A DNA stretch of 64,000 nt from Chlorokybus atmophyticus. Lineage: Eukaryota > Plantae > Mesostigma and Chlorokybus algae. Below the pieces are notes generated by a model. It searched no databases. It saw only the letters and a list, made by a program, of their open reading frames with translations, and was not told the origin of the DNA. Both the position numbers and the translations under genes were made by a program. Location of the stretch: contig RHPI01001037.1 in the NCBI GenBank assembly GCA_009103225.1, forward strand, positions 620,001 through 684,000, in the 5' to 3' direction. Positions 10,760 through 24,691 of the stretch are shown piece by piece (position 1 is the stretch's first letter; every line of letters begins with the position of its first letter).

Positions 10760-11829
10760 ATTGTGGGCTTGGTTTCATGACAGACCGGCAGTGCAGTTTT
10801 ATTACCACACTATTTCCTGTTATCTCACGGGTATCGATTACTCAAACCCAGGTCTGATCAACTTGAGTTCAACGAAGACGTTGAAAACCTAAATGAGGGG
10901 GGATGTAACGGGAGCAATAATAATAGGGGTATTATTGCTCCCATTACAGCACCCCTGGCTTCGTGCACATACACGTGTCATCACTGCAAACAGTAATGGT
11001 AAACTGCCCAGCTTGAGGGGTCTCAAACAAAACAAAACAGGTGGGTTGTGGTTGTCACCTACACTTTCCACCCCCTCTCAATAGCAGCGTTACTCCTGTA
11101 ACATTGCAACTATCATCAACAACTCTTTCTCGGTTGCTGTGTACGCACATGCATAACCTAGCCTCACATTACTACATCACCTGAATGGTCACCTTAAAGG
11201 GAGCGCTACTTAGCCTTAATCAACCCTTTCTCAAGACCTTGTTGTGTCTCTCCATGTCCGCATATAGCTGGACTCTACCCATACATATACATAGGCATGA
11301 AGACTTGCACAACTCGAACAAGGCCTTGCGTACTACACATTGTAATCAAGTGGCAAGCAACAAGTCTAAGCAAGCTGACATACATTGCCAGAAGACTCAC
11401 AAAGTGACGGGGTTCAAGTCGCATTGGCAGTCCGCTTCATCACATGTAGCAGGGGTTGGGGTTTCTTGCCATATCGCTCTTCTCACCTGCTTAGTACCTA
11501 ATAAACACGAGACAGCTATACGAGATGCATCATACTTGACAAAGGGTACGACATTATGCCCATGTGCTCGCAAGGTCACACAACCTTACCGTGTTGCGTA
11601 CATCGCAAGTTTAAGTATGCACATGTGTACTTAACTCATTCTCCCGCACAGCAATGTTGCATGAGCGGAGAAGCTGTGACATCAAGTCACTATAAGCGAG
11701 TTGCTTATCTATATTTACAGAGCAAACGTCCTTTTGCAATCTCAGTTGCATACATGTATGGCGTAATGCTTCATGTCCCTTCCAGATGAGAGCATGAAAT
11801 CAAACACTTCTTAGCTTGAGCCTCATCGA

Positions 11830-12860
11830 GCTGCATGCTCATGCTCAGCCGTGCCTATCAAAGGTTGAACCATCACCACACAGTGCGGTCACCTAACAGA
11901 TGTATTCGCGTGCATACATGTAGCAAGTGCAGCAATAAGCCAATGCATGTGCAAAGCCGCTCACGGACAGCAAATGCACACAACTTACACAGCAATTCGC
12001 TTGTAACACAGCCTACACCTGGCATGCACGTGTGCGTGCGGCTTCAAACAACACCACTTGATGCAGTCAACAAGACAGGATGCACTCGGGCGCACACGTG
12101 TGCAGCAGGTGTAGCAACAAGTAATCATGTGTGCAAGGCTACGCACAAGCAGCATATGCACACACTCAAACATGGACCAACGTGTCAAACATCCCTTACC
12201 TAACATGGAAGTGTGCATGCAGCTGAAAACAACACCACTCGGTGCAGTCACCATGACATGCACTCATGCGCACACATGTGCAGCAATACACGCGCAGCAA
12301 CACAATGGCACAACTCAGCGTTCCAAACAACCCGTAACTAGCATGGAAATGTGCGTGCCTCTGAGACATCATCATAACGGATGCACATGCACACACACGC
12401 GCGTACATGTATGTGTATGCGCATGCGCGCAGCAAAGTGCACTAGCAAGCAATTGCATGTGCAAAGCTACGCACTCGCAACAAATGCACACCACTAAAGC
12501 ATGAAGCAGCTTCAGACATGGCTCACACCGTGCATGTAAACGTGCGTGCAGCTTAGACAGCAGCATACACATGCATGTACACGCACACGCACGCACACTC
12601 GCGCACACATGTACATCCGCGCAGTAAGTGCAGCAACAAGCATGTGCGTGTGCAAAGCCGCTCATAACAGCAAATGCACACAACTAGTGCACCAATCAGC
12701 GTGCAACATGGCCCATACTGTGCATGTAAGTGTGCACGCGGCTGAGTGTCAACAGGAACACCGCCATGTAGTGCACGCAAGCAAAGGATGCAACACATGC
12801 ACCGTCTAGCAAGTGCACAAGCTGATGGACAAGCATGCACTGCTTTGCAAGGCTTGGAAA
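11830..12860. repeat. CA/TG-rich degenerate tandem repeats in the interior of the large LTR element
   Basis: Recurrent AAACAACACCACT-GTGCAGTCA...TGCACTC blocks (~12045, ~12228) and GCAAAGC-CGC-C motifs about 180 bp apart; units are degenerate. Confidence 0.55.
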
Positions 12861-14602
12861 CAAGTTTCGATTCCGATGTAACGATACCACTGCTTACTTG
12901 CTGGTCGGGGCTCGGTAAACATATGCACAAGCATGAAGGACTTACACCGGAAGTCCCGCCAGCACCACGGTGCAAGAGAAGTTGCAGCAGCGCACCAAGG
13001 AAGGAGAAATTGACCACCAACCTCTCCACACAGCTCCAGCCCCAGGCACACCCACGCCCAACACACCCACACACACCACACCACACCCACAACTTGTTGA
13101 AGAGATGAGCGGGAGAGCCCCTTCAACACTTAACAACCAAGCACCTGACGCACAAGTTGCCCTATTGTAAGGTAAACACAGATTAATGTTTTGATCACTA
13201 TTAATCCCATTCCCACTCAAAGATGCAACTTAGCGTTTATACCACATGCTGCTCTCCCGAGCTGGCACACACGACGTCCAAGGCCACCTAGGCCTTGTCA
13301 CTATGCGCTGACCTTGTCCCAACATCGGAACCAACAAACTCCACCTCGGGAGTATTGAACCACCTCAGATTCTCATAGGAACAACAATCCTACCTCAGAA
13401 ATAGCAACTCAGGCTCCCCTAGTACACATGTATTGGCGAATTGCCCACAGGCACTACTTGCCTTGCGACTGTCACACCTATGGCAAATCGCACTACAGTA
13501 CACATCATGTGCTTTGCCAACTCACAATCTTGTAACTGCCATTATGGCAACTTGCAATACTCGTAATAACAAAGGCTCACATGGCAAAAGCATTGACCAC
13601 CTCTGTGCTAGCCCAGCATCAATGCCTTGTGTAATTTATCATCACTCGAGGTCCACATAGGCTCAAGAGCGGACCGCATGAAAGCACACGCTATAAGCAC
13701 TTGCACTCGCTTAAGAAATGGAAAATCCCACTTGGTCCCTTAGTACCAACATAAGCAAAGGATAGATTGACTTTCGCCAGCCTTATAGGCGTGACATAAT
13801 GGCAATGAGTGCTTCATTCAACATGCATTGGCCATACCACAGGGGTCTTAGTTCGTGCAGCATCACTGCTGCAGCTGCCATGCCGATGCATTGCCATTCA
13901 GTCGAGTATCCAACACTCGCCTTAACTGCACACCATTGCATAGCGGATGCAAGAGTCTACGATCCCCCCCCCCCCCTCCTCCCCCGGATGTACAACAGTT
14001 GTTACGCCTCATATGCTGTATGTTACTAAGTATACGGTATGGTAGTACAAGCAAATAGGGTACATAGATAGCAAGGCAAAAGGCAGATTTGGCCAAGGGA
14101 TATAGCTTTTTATTTCAACTACTACTACTACACCCACTTCACTAGTCTATGTGCATGCCATGTTGTGCAATGCAGCAGCGATGGGCAGGGTGCAGCAGGC
14201 CGAACAACCTGCAGGGGGAGAGGGAGGAGGAAGAGGAGGCAGAAGCTTGTAAGTCCGTGTGATTCCAGCGCGCGTGGGTAAACAGCAAACAACGGCAAAG
14301 GCAATGGTGTGTGGTGTGGTCTGCAGTGATGAGCTAAACCCCTAGGCCCCCAGTGCCGCCACCACCCCACCACTACTGGCCTGTTACAAGTATAGTATGT
14401 TGCTTGGCCCATCGCATGGCCATGAAATTGAGTAAGCAACCTGACGTGCAGTAGCGCTACAGTGTCTTGTTGTGAGCTAATGATGCATAGCAAGACCAAA
14501 CTTGCACTTGCCATGGCATTGATACCATTGCTGAGTTCGATCAGTTCGCACAGACATTGACCATGCACCACCTGCGACATGCAGACGCCTGTGATGCAAG
14601 CT

Positions 14603-17228
14603 TCACAAGTTGAAACTGAGCAGCTGTCCATGCATTGTGGAGTTCCTGGCTGTGGCAATCTGCTGCTGCCACTCCTTTGACTTGCGTTCAATGTAGCTGT
14701 CATAGCCCGCAGCCTTGTTGTCATTGGACAAACGGCTTTCATCTCTTAGCGCAGTTGCTGCTGCGAGCTGAAGCGGTGGGTCATGAAAGGCTTTGGCCAA
14801 TGTGAAAGCTGATGCAAGCAAGTTGCGCGCTGCAGACAGGTCGTGCGCTATCAACGACTCTCGCCCCAGCAGAATTAGCACCTGCGAAACTAGCTGGTGG
14901 TTTGCCATCTTGTTGTGCGCCAGATCCAAGATGCCGCTCAGCGCAGTCCTGTGAACACAACACGCATGAGTGCGCGCGCATGCGTGCGTGTGCTTGTGAC
15001 AACCATTACAAGAGCATCCCTGCCATGTTGCCAGATGTGTGCAAAGCATCACGTCATGGGGGCAAACGTTTTGACAACTTCAAGAAGCGCACGTACTTGG
15101 CCTCTTGGTGGTTGCCTTGCCGGCTGTTCACGACTGCAAGCGCATACTTGACAGCGGCTTCTTCGTACTTTGAGCTCAGCCGATCCTGCTCGCGGTGTAT
15201 GGGCTGCAGTATGTCCAGAGCATCGCTATCGGCAGTGTGACCTCCGATGCACAGAGTAGTTAGCGCCATGAACACCGCCGCAAGTACTTGCTCAGTCCGG
15301 TGGAAGCTCGTCTGCCAACACATCACCAATGTCAAGCACAAAATGTTGGCTGACATCATGTCATTGCCGGAGCAGGCCATGGCGCCAAGTGTTGCGTACT
15401 TTGCCATATGAGGCGTACTGTTTTAGAGCCTCTTTGAAGCAACAGGTCGCTACGGCATAATGAGCGCAGAGAACATGAGCTGTCGCCCGCTGGTACGCTA
15501 ACAATGTTGGGTACGCAATGACAAGTGACACAGCAGAAGCAACCTCCTGAATATGGCAACACTGAAGTGAGATGGATGCACTATGCATGCCAGCTGAGCA
15601 ATTAAACAGTCACAGCTATACCTTCTGGGCCTGTTCCAATTTCATCTGCGTGAGACTCAGCACAGCCAAATTCTCAAACGCAACGAAGCGCATAGGCAGA
15701 TAAGGCCGCACCAACTCAACAGTCTTCAGCGACAGCTTTGATTCAGTGAGCCCAGCAGAGAAATTCAGGTTAAGAAGCACTTCTTGAGACTTGCGTAGCA
15801 CAGTTTCCAAGCATCCTCTTGCCGTCTTCTGACCGTTGCCCTTTTTTCGCTGATTGATGGCTTCCAGTAGATGTCGCAGCATGTTGAGTCCGCTCGGCTG
15901 AAGCCAGTTGCAACTGGCAAAGTGTGACTTCTCAACTTTGTGGCACGCCTGACGCAGCTGTTCCAGGCCGTCATCAGGCACGCCATGGCCTGATGCCACT
16001 GAACACAAAACTTGCAGCATGAGATGCATAGCAGGTATCTGAGCAAGTGCGGTTGATACGCTTGCATCGGATGTGGCTGGCACACTCTGCAACATGGCAC
16101 ACAACATGTTTCTTGTGAGCACAGATACACCATTCAATATTGCATGCTTGCAGGCACCACAAGGCACATAGGTAAGCTGCTCATGTGTGCTTTCAAAGTT
16201 CACGCACATTTGCAGTAAACATGACCAACGATAACTTAAAGAGGTTCTAAACCATCAACAAACCTTGCTGACCTGAAACATGGATGTCTGAAGCACTGTA
16301 CTTGTGCTTAGTGCCTTCACAGCCAAGCCGTACTCTCCCTTAAGAAGACGCACATGCACCGAGGCCAACTGCAGCAGCGCCTACAGACGCAACTATTAAC
16401 TCACGTTGTGACATGCTTGACGCAAAGTCACAACCAAGTGTGCCACCTTACGAGCAAGCAGCTTAATGTCAGAGCAATCTGCCATGGTTGTGATAATGGT
16501 CTCCAACAGCTGCAGTGCTCCATCCAGATCGCCTTCTGTCTTGAGTGCATCCCCAAGCTGCAGTGCGAGATCGGCTTTCCAGCATGTCATGACCCTGCAC
16601 ATGTGGCGTTCAGCACAACTGGCCACATGCGTTGCACGCACAAGAACAGAATGCAGCGCACCAATCCTCGTCCCCAGAAGGGATGGTTGCTTCGCATATC
16701 TGCAACCCACGCCTCAGCACTTGCTTCTGCAAACGTGTGGCTCCAAGTGCTGCATAGCAGCGGCCCAGCTGACTGCACGCCAGGCATTTCAAGTTCTCTT
16801 GTCTAGGGATCTGTTGCAAGAGCACTTGCTGCGGGAACACCGTGTGTCAGCTCGGAAGGAATCTGTTATTGGCATTCCATTCCGGATGACTATCATACCG
16901 CTCGCTCCAAGTGCGCCTTCGCTTCGTGTAGGTTGTGCGTCTGGCTGTAGAGTATATCAGCCAGCTTGAGGCGCGTTTTCACCTCAATCAACGGGAGAAA
17001 CGCTCTCCTGCTTTGGCACAGAGCTTCCAAGCACTTGATGGCCTCCAAGTATGCCCCCTGTGACAGCATGGCTTTGATGCAACAAATTCACAGCAAGAGC
17101 ACACAAAAGTTGCAGAGAGCAGTGACAACTTGTTGCACTCGGAAGCAGATACGCTGTAGCACCTGCGCTTCAAACTCATCCGCAAGTCTCCAAAGCACAT
17201 CAGCAGCACCCAGCACTCCCATTGCCAT
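14603..17228 (-). CDS. MAU2: Cohesin loader subunit MAU2/SCC4 (multi-exon)
   Basis: Spliced exons give LWRLADEF...AIKCLEALCQS...LIEVKTRLKLADILYSQTHNLHEAKAHLERA and QLVSQVLILLG...ARNLLASAFTLAK...D..LQ, matching the SCC4/MAU2 N- and C-terminal motifs as I recall them. Confidence 0.85.
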
Positions 17229-18728
17229 AATTGTAGCAAAGCTGCACTTCCTACCGATCTTGTCTCCCAAACTTTTTATTGCAAGCAGTGACCGCCATAT
17301 CCATATGGTCAATCAAGCAGAGGTACTGCATGCTAGGATGGATCAAACACGCTCGTGCTCATTGCGGCTGCTGTCTCCAGTAGCCGCAAGGTCCAGCGCA
17401 CTCCTTTGACCGGTAGCTGTATACAGAACAAGTCGCAGGCAGCTCCGTGTTGGATTGTGTGAAACTCAGCAGTGTGCGCCCCTGCTAAGCAATGCAGTCG
17501 CAGTAAGTACACGGCGAGCAGAGGCAGAGGCTGATGACCAACAGGTGTTGCTTCAAGCGTGACAGCAAGTGAGTTTCCGTTTAGAGCTGTAGAGCTGAGG
17601 TGAGAGGCGACTACATGTTGTCAAGCCACACTTGTAGGTACAATAGCCTGAGCGTATGGTGTTATAAAGGGTAGGTGACTCATGCACTCAATGACATTGC
17701 ATTGCCTAGTAAGCAAACGCATGAGCCTAGCTTTGCGGTGTAGCAGGCGTCACAGCAAAAGCACCGTGCTTTTAGGTGCTTGGTATAAGTTTTAGCAATC
17801 CAAGTAGGCGAATTATTTGTTGCGTCGGGAAGCCATGCTGAACAACGGCAAGAGCAAAACTCGGAGTGCTGTGAGTGCTGACTAGTGCCTGTGTAGGTAC
17901 ATAAAGCGACAACGTTGCCGTCTCTGGTATATAACAATTCACGACAGCTCATGTGCATGGACCGTCACTGCAATTGCACGTGATACTGTGGACACACAAC
18001 AAAACAAGGCGTGCCTATTAGTCAAGGGACGTGTCCAGCTGTGTTACAGACAAGCACCAGGTTGCCGACAGCTTTGAGCGACACGCAGCGGCACTGTCGC
18101 CTCCTCCTCACATGCCAGTGCACTGCACACCCTCACCAGCGGTGAAGCCACCACCGCCGCCCCGCCTGCTGTGCGCTTAGTACTGTTGCCAAGTTGGTGC
18201 AGAAGTGGCAAGGCGGGACAATGGTCCAGTTTGCTAGCAACGGTGGCGGCGGCGGCGGTGGCGGCTCGGGGTCAGCGTGGGGGTAGGCGTGAGCGTGAGG
18301 CAACCTCATCGTGCTGACGCTGTCGTCTGTGTAGTGCGCTGCGTGAGGGTCGCCAACACGGCTGACCAGCGGTGTTCGCAGCGACGTGCGTGCATGTGCA
18401 ACCTTGATGTGATGTGAGCCGAGGTGAGAAGGCGGTAGCTTGAGGTCGGTTGGTGCGACTGCTTGTTGTCACTACTGCATGTCAACTGTAAGCCGAACCA
18501 TGTCGTCACTGAAGGAACATGTTCAATGTACTTATGTGAACAAGACGATGCTGTCACCGTGGTCTTGTGTTGTTGTTGGCATGGGCACAGGCAAGCTTGC
18601 TGTGTGTGATCAATGTGTATGTTGCTTCTTGGGTAGTGTCACTTGATGGCCCGCTGATTGTTTGGTGCTGTATTGTAATTGCCCAGTACGGCAGCCAGCA
18701 TGCTGGCCTCTGACCAAGTCCAGCTTGC

Positions 18729-19899
18729 ATGCAGGGCAATAGCATGCGTAGAGCAGCTACGCATGGGCCCTCTCAGCGTTCATCACCAAGTCAGAAAGGC
18801 TCGCTGTTGCTGGCCAAGCTCACTGTGACAAGCAGCAACGACAGACCTGAACAGAAAGCCAACGGAGAATGGCTCATCAGCTTTGTGGCTGGCGCCATTG
18901 CCGGTGCAAGCGGCGTCTTTGTGGCACATCCACTGGTGAGCAGCCTTGCTTCCACTTTTGTCGTTGTGTTGTGTCTTCCCATCAACAATACTCGGTGCTG
19001 ATAGTGACTCACCCTCACACAGGACACTGTGAAGACAAGAGTGCAAGCAGGTTGGGGCTCGCAGGAAAGAGGTGCATTGAGTGTTGCGCGAGGCATATTT
19101 CTTGAGGATGGCATGATAGGGTTCTATGCTGGCGTAGGCAGCGCCATAGCTAGCACTGCTCCTGCAGTCGCCGTGCGCATGGCCACATATGAGTCCATCC
19201 AGGTACGCCTTTGTTACTTGTCGGGTGCAGCAAGTTGAACACCATCCATGTTGGTGTTCTGTGCAGGGGCCCATTCGCGCAATGTTGCCAAAGCATCGCG
19301 CGGCTGCCAACATGCTGGCAGCTGGCATTGGTGAGGTATTATGCGTGATTGTGCGCAACCCATTTGAGCTGGTGAAGCAGCGGTTGCAGTCTGGAAGAAC
19401 GCGCGCATCCGTGGTGCAGACTGTTGTCGGCATCATTCGCGCCGAGGGCGTGCGCGGCCTCTACCAAGGCATCCAAGCCAGCATGCTTCGGGACGTCCCG
19501 CAAACTGTCCTCAACTTTGCAGTTTACAGAGCGATCAAAGACAGCAACTTCTTTCAAAACAACACCAGCACGTCATCAACACGGCGAGACACTGTTCGCC
19601 AGCTGGCAGCGGGCGCAATTGCAGGCGCCGTGTCTGCTTTTCTCACGACACCGATGGATGTGATCAAAACCAAGATGATGACTGCTGCAACCGCAGAAAG
19701 GTTGAGCGTGTCGCTGGCGGCTCGACGGATCATTGCTGAAGAGGGTGCTGCTGGATTGATGAGGGGTGCGAGTACACGTAGTTTGCTTATTGTACCGGAT
19801 ATTGCCACCATGTGGCTAGTGTACGAGTTGTTGCACCACGCGCTACAGCGCAGGACTAAAGCCAGGACGCAAGTTGTCGTCAAGTGTTCACTCATTTGA
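18729..19899 (+). CDS. Mitochondrial carrier family (SLC25) protein, SAM-carrier-like
   Basis: Three PX[DE]XX[KR]X[RK] signatures: HPL|DTVKTRVQ, NPFELVKQRLQ, TPMDVIKTKMM. Start codon uncertain. Confidence 0.9.
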
Positions 19900-20707
19900 G
19901 AAATAAGTTCAGAGTATGATTAGACGAGTTTGAGAAAGCTTACAGTAGTAGCTTGCAGTAGCTTACAGTAGTGCATGGAGGCGAGGGCAGTTTGCACATA
20001 TGTCTCATGTGCAGCGATAATGCGAACACAACGCAATGTGAACCTAGCGCACAGTCAGCGAATGGCAGGTTGTTGCAGACAATACAGCCGAGCTGGGGCG
20101 GTGAACTCAGAGTTATTGTCATGGTACTGCCGAGCAAGCTGAATATTGTTTGGGCGGATCATCCGCTGCGGATGCTTTTCAGGTACAGGTTGGTTGTGTG
20201 CACTGGCCACTTGTGCTGTGCAGTGGTTATTGGCAGTGCAATGCAAGCACTTCCAAAACCCCAGCGCAGCAGTTGGTGGTGGGGACATTGCACAATAAGG
20301 CTTGCCGGCAACGCTGGTGTGAAATTGCAAGCCTTACACGGCAAGTCTCGCGCAAATGACCAAACAACGTGGCCAAAACGAAGCAGCGGCAGTTCATCGG
20401 TCCTGGTGCAGCGGCAGTTGAGCTTCCACCACCACCACAATTTGACCTGAAGGTACGACACTGCTGCATAGCAATTTGCAGCAGCATTTTGCATTTGCAA
20501 CCCTACACGAGGTATACGAACTGTGATTCATTTGCAACATCCAATTGCACAACTGATGGGTAGCCAATAGTATATCAGTACATTGCGATCAATAAACTGT
20601 ATATAATGTTTTACGTTGTATACGACTTTGTGCATGATTGAACCCGCAATTCAGCAGCGATGTTAGCCGTCACTGAAGCCTTATCATCAACCAGTCTGCG
20701 TGTGCAA

Positions 20708-22666
20708 TCACAAGCGTGAAGACAGTCGCAATGGCGCACCACGCGACAACAGAGCCGAGATGTTGCCATGCGGCTCATCGGTGGGGATGTACACATCATT
20801 CTCAAACTGCAACCACCAACCGATCAGCGCACCAACAGTCATCTGCATGTAGCGCATCATGCATTGACACAAGTACCTTGATGTTCAGTGCAGGACTGTT
20901 CATTGGAAGAAAATGGAGGTTTGGCATTCGAAGGAACACCGTTTCAACACTTGGGCACCTGAAGAATATAATAAGTTGAATGTGATGCTGTTGGCAGGAT
21001 ACAAACTCTGGTGTTTTAAACAACTTACTCGAACTTGAACATGTACGCTACCTGTCCAGTGTGAGCTGCGCCATCACATAGAGGGTCTGCTGCACAGATG
21101 GGCTGTAAACACCCTTGTGCGGCGGGCCGTAAAACGCCTCCTTCAGCGCAGTATACACTGTCTCGCGCACATCTTCGTAACTGCTGGGCTTGGCTGCGTA
21201 ACTGCATAGGAAGGCACAGATAGATTGATGCAAACACGTGCAGACACATGCACGCAACTGCCACAGTCTGTCAGCGTCTGTATATGCATCGGTGTGTCTT
21301 CGTCTGCGCGGGGTGGCTGTGTGTGCGCACCCACACATATGCATATATGTCTCGTGTGCATGTGGGTGTGTGCGCGAATATGCCCGCTTGCACACTCACG
21401 AGCGCGTGTGCATACAAGTATACTACAGATGCATAGTATACTACAGATGCATACACAACCAAACCTAACACCACCAAAAGTGCGACAACACTTCTCAGAC
21501 ATTCCCAAACCTCCATTTGCAGGTGATGGCGGTAGCGAGGATCCTGTCACTGGTGGGTGGAAGGATTGTGAGGTCGTCCTTGTAGTACCCCTCAAACCCC
21601 GACTGCGTGGTCTTCAGGACGCGCATGTCCCGCACGCCTGCCGTCACAACTGTGGACTTGCCTCTGCTCGCCACAACACTTGCCGTCGCCTGCTGCGTGC
21701 CATTTTCAGCAAACCCTGCAGGATGATGTGATAGTATCAGTGATCATGCCATGAACAACAACTATAGTCACATGCGCACACAACAATTGCTGGTCAGCCA
21801 AAATAAACAAACCAAAACAACGTTGACTTTATTATCGTCCGACCATGATCGTGAGGCTCGCCGTCAATCGTGATGCGCGTCCAAGCCTTCTCCTCAACAT
21901 CAATACTTGCGACAGTAACCTGCCGTTGAGTGCTGTTGTTGGCATCGAGAGCAATGACATGCATACAAATGACTCGGCAACTCACATGCGGGTACTTGCG
22001 GATGAAATGCTCGGCCAGCGCGGTTGCAAACTCCTCCACAGTGCAGCGCGTCTTCTGCTGCTTGGCTATGTAATACACCTGCACGAATCGGTATTGGTAG
22101 GTACTACGACAACATCACCATGTGGAACATGACACACCAGTCACGCACGGTGTTTTTGCATGTGTCGGTGGCAACGATGGGGCCGTTGTCGCCTTCGGTG
22201 TAAGCAATAAGGCAATCACTGTCGAGGATGATTTGCGCATTCCATTCGACAAAATAGTGCTTCGGGCCCTCGCGCCATACGCGGCCTACACGCACCCGAC
22301 TCTTGCCGTGGCCCTGCGCATGCATGGCAATAGGATGTACAAGCTTTGCGTGGTTTCTAATGAAAGGAGCGCATTCTTTTGCAAGAAGAAGACATGCGCA
22401 TGCACAGACCACCGACAAGGCATGCATATACAACATGACAAAGTGTCCACTGCTGCACATGCATTGACAAGATGGTTGTAAGCAATAATGTGCGGCATGC
22501 TTGCATGCCGTTTGCTGTTTGGGTACAATGCAGGCTCTATAGCAAGGCCTGGCGCATTGTACAAATGGACTGCATTTCAACCAGTATTGCTGAAGATCGC
22601 GGAACCCTGCACGCACAAGACTGGTCATAAAAGACACACCTGACTAAGGAATTGAAGCGGCGCCAT
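20708..22666 (-). CDS. UOX: Urate oxidase (uricase), peroxisomal
   Basis: GHGKSRVRVGRVWR, IVATDTCKNTVY, YSPSVQQTLY, MPNLHF and PTDEPHGNI motifs; C-terminal PTS1 tripeptide SRL before TGA. Confidence 0.95.
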
Positions 22667-24691
22667 CGACCTCAACTTGGGACTAGAGCTTGGGCTTAAG
22701 CTTCAGCTTACTCTCTTGACGCTTGAGCTTGAGCTGAAGGTCAAGGCAGAAGCAGGCAAAACGCAGGCAAACATCTGCGACCACCACCAGGTTACATGAA
22801 GCCTACTCCACAGTTGACTTGACTAGAACGACAGTCAGGCCGTCTGCACTGGGAAACAGCGCCCTCCGCAGCAAGCAGCAACTTTGCCTTCTACTCTCGG
22901 CTAGCCGAAAGGGCATTGCCAAGTACGGGCATGCCGCATGCATATTGCGACAAGCCGGGAAGCGTCGCTGCAGCCTTCCCGCTGTATAGGCATTTGAACG
23001 CTGGCTGTTGACAAGCACATTGGAACCCGCTCACAGTCGGACCGCCCGAGGGGGTTTTCACTGCTAACCATCTTGCAAGTCCTGCGCGCGCGCGGACGAG
23101 GCGGACCCCGTTGTGTCGTGTTGAGTCCGCGAGGAGTCCACCAGAATTGTGGCCTGTCAAGTCCGAGTGGTTCTCGTTTTGTCGTGCAAGGCAGTAGGGT
23201 GAGTCGCCGAATTGTTTGCTGACCCAACCGGCCTGCTAAGTCGCGGGCTCGGTCGCGAGTCTTGCAATGTCGGTGATGTTCCTCGAAAGTCCGCATGCTG
23301 CCGACGGAAGTCGGCAGCGCGGCATTTATCACGATAATATCTGTTCTACGATTATATCGCGGCAAGTCCACACGGACCCTGTTGGGCCCTTTTGCCAGAC
23401 CAGGCCAGGGCGCCTGGCGGCCTGACGGCCTGGTAGCTAGTTCTCCCAAACGGCGCCACCAAAGCCGGCGCTGACTGGCTGGTCAGCTCCAGCGCCGCCC
23501 ATACACCCAAATCAACTTATTTTAACGTTGCCGCCGCCACTTCCTGCAACACCCAATGACGCCGCCCTCCCCGCCCAGCATGAGCAGGCGGTGGCCCAGC
23601 GCCTCCGAGCAGATCCGCGTGGACACCCCGCGAACCGGCTGGGCTAGCAGCGCCGATAAATCGCGTGGTTACCATCGGATATTTGTAATAAAGTGCATTC
23701 ACACTCAATTCAACCGAGCCAAATTCCGCACCATTTCGCAAGGACCGCTTCGACATCCGCCGACACGCCAAGTCTGGTCGCGTCACGTCTTAGCGGAATT
23801 GCGCATTTAGCGCTGCCGGTGGACCGGCCAATCCAAACGACATGACAAGCCCAAACACTGCGACTCAGAGGGAACCCCTCGGACCCACGCCCTTTCGCAC
23901 GATATCGACACGACCGTTTTGCAAGATGAAACCCCTCCGGCGGTCCGACTGCTCAGTTTCTCCTGACTCTCTCTAGGGTGCAAGTGCACCATTTTTAAGA
24001 CACTTTTTGCCGACTGAACGGTATACACCACCATTTAGGGTGCCGTCAAATGGGAAAATTATCTTCATGAAACGGCGCAGCTTCCTGTTTAATCCGTGGT
24101 TTGTTTGCAGCAGTGTAGCGCCGGCTATGGCCTGGCACAGAACGGCGACAGCACAGCCGGGCATCAGCCGTACTGTTTTTGTTTGATTCGGACACCCGAT
24201 GCCCACCTGTAAGTATAGCCGCTAGTTGCAGCGCGCGATACCACAAATGCTCTTCCCGTCAAATCTGGTACGGCGGCGTCACTTGCAGGTCACGAAAACA
24301 GTGTTGCGCACTGCTAACGGGCATGACCGAGCGCGGTCGGGCAGTATCGTCCGAAATTAATAAACGACCGAAGTTAGGAACACTTACCCTAGCCTATTGC
24401 ATTTAGCGGTCCAGCAGATTCCTCAAACACGCTTCGCGCATTTTCGCAGCAGTTCAACCATTCCCGCGACTTTTTGTATTGGTGTGTCAACTGGCGCGTT
24501 GGCAGGGGTTTTGCTAGCGGGGGCGACGGCGGCGGCGGGCGCAGGACAGCTGTGCGGCGGCGTGTGACGGTCGTCATTGAGCTTAGTGTTGTCTTAATAG
24601 ACACGTCTGGTTGGAGAAGGGTCCCAGTCTTGTGGAACGTAGTTACCTCTTGGGGCATGAGGTTGGGATTGCCTTCGCCGTTGTCGTGGAC

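Larger units (their letters stand above)
5155..10948 (+). mobile_element. Degenerate Ty3/gypsy chromovirus with very short terminal repeats
   Basis: Exact 5-bp TSD GCACC (5150-5154, 10949-10953). PPT GAGGGGGGA at 10895-10903. Both ends begin TGTAACGGGAGCAATA. Domain order gag-PR-RT-RH-INT-chromodomain. Confidence 0.92.
2418..13796 (-). mobile_element. Large non-coding LTR element (LARD-like) hosting nested insertions
   Basis: LTR copies at 2418-3864 (about 912 bp after removing the nested TRIM) and 12877-13796 (920 bp), both TGTAACGATAC...GCGTGACA. PPT complement TTCCTCCC at 3865. Near-TSD TGATG/TAATG. No recognisable gag/pol in the ~2.7 kb of its own interior. Confidence 0.85.

Noticed and set aside
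11830-12860. Many His/Cys/Met-rich ORFs here and in CA-rich introns (~21240-21450, ~35100-35600)
   Set aside because: Translation artefacts of CA/TG low-complexity sequence.
12860-12900. Split Pol III promoter in the large non-coding LTR element
   Set aside because: Only a weak AGCAGTGG near the LTR end and no B box after the degenerate PBS.
19971-20563. Exon-like ORFs between the carrier and uricase genes
   Set aside because: No consistent spliced frame or motif; probably overlapping 3' UTRs.
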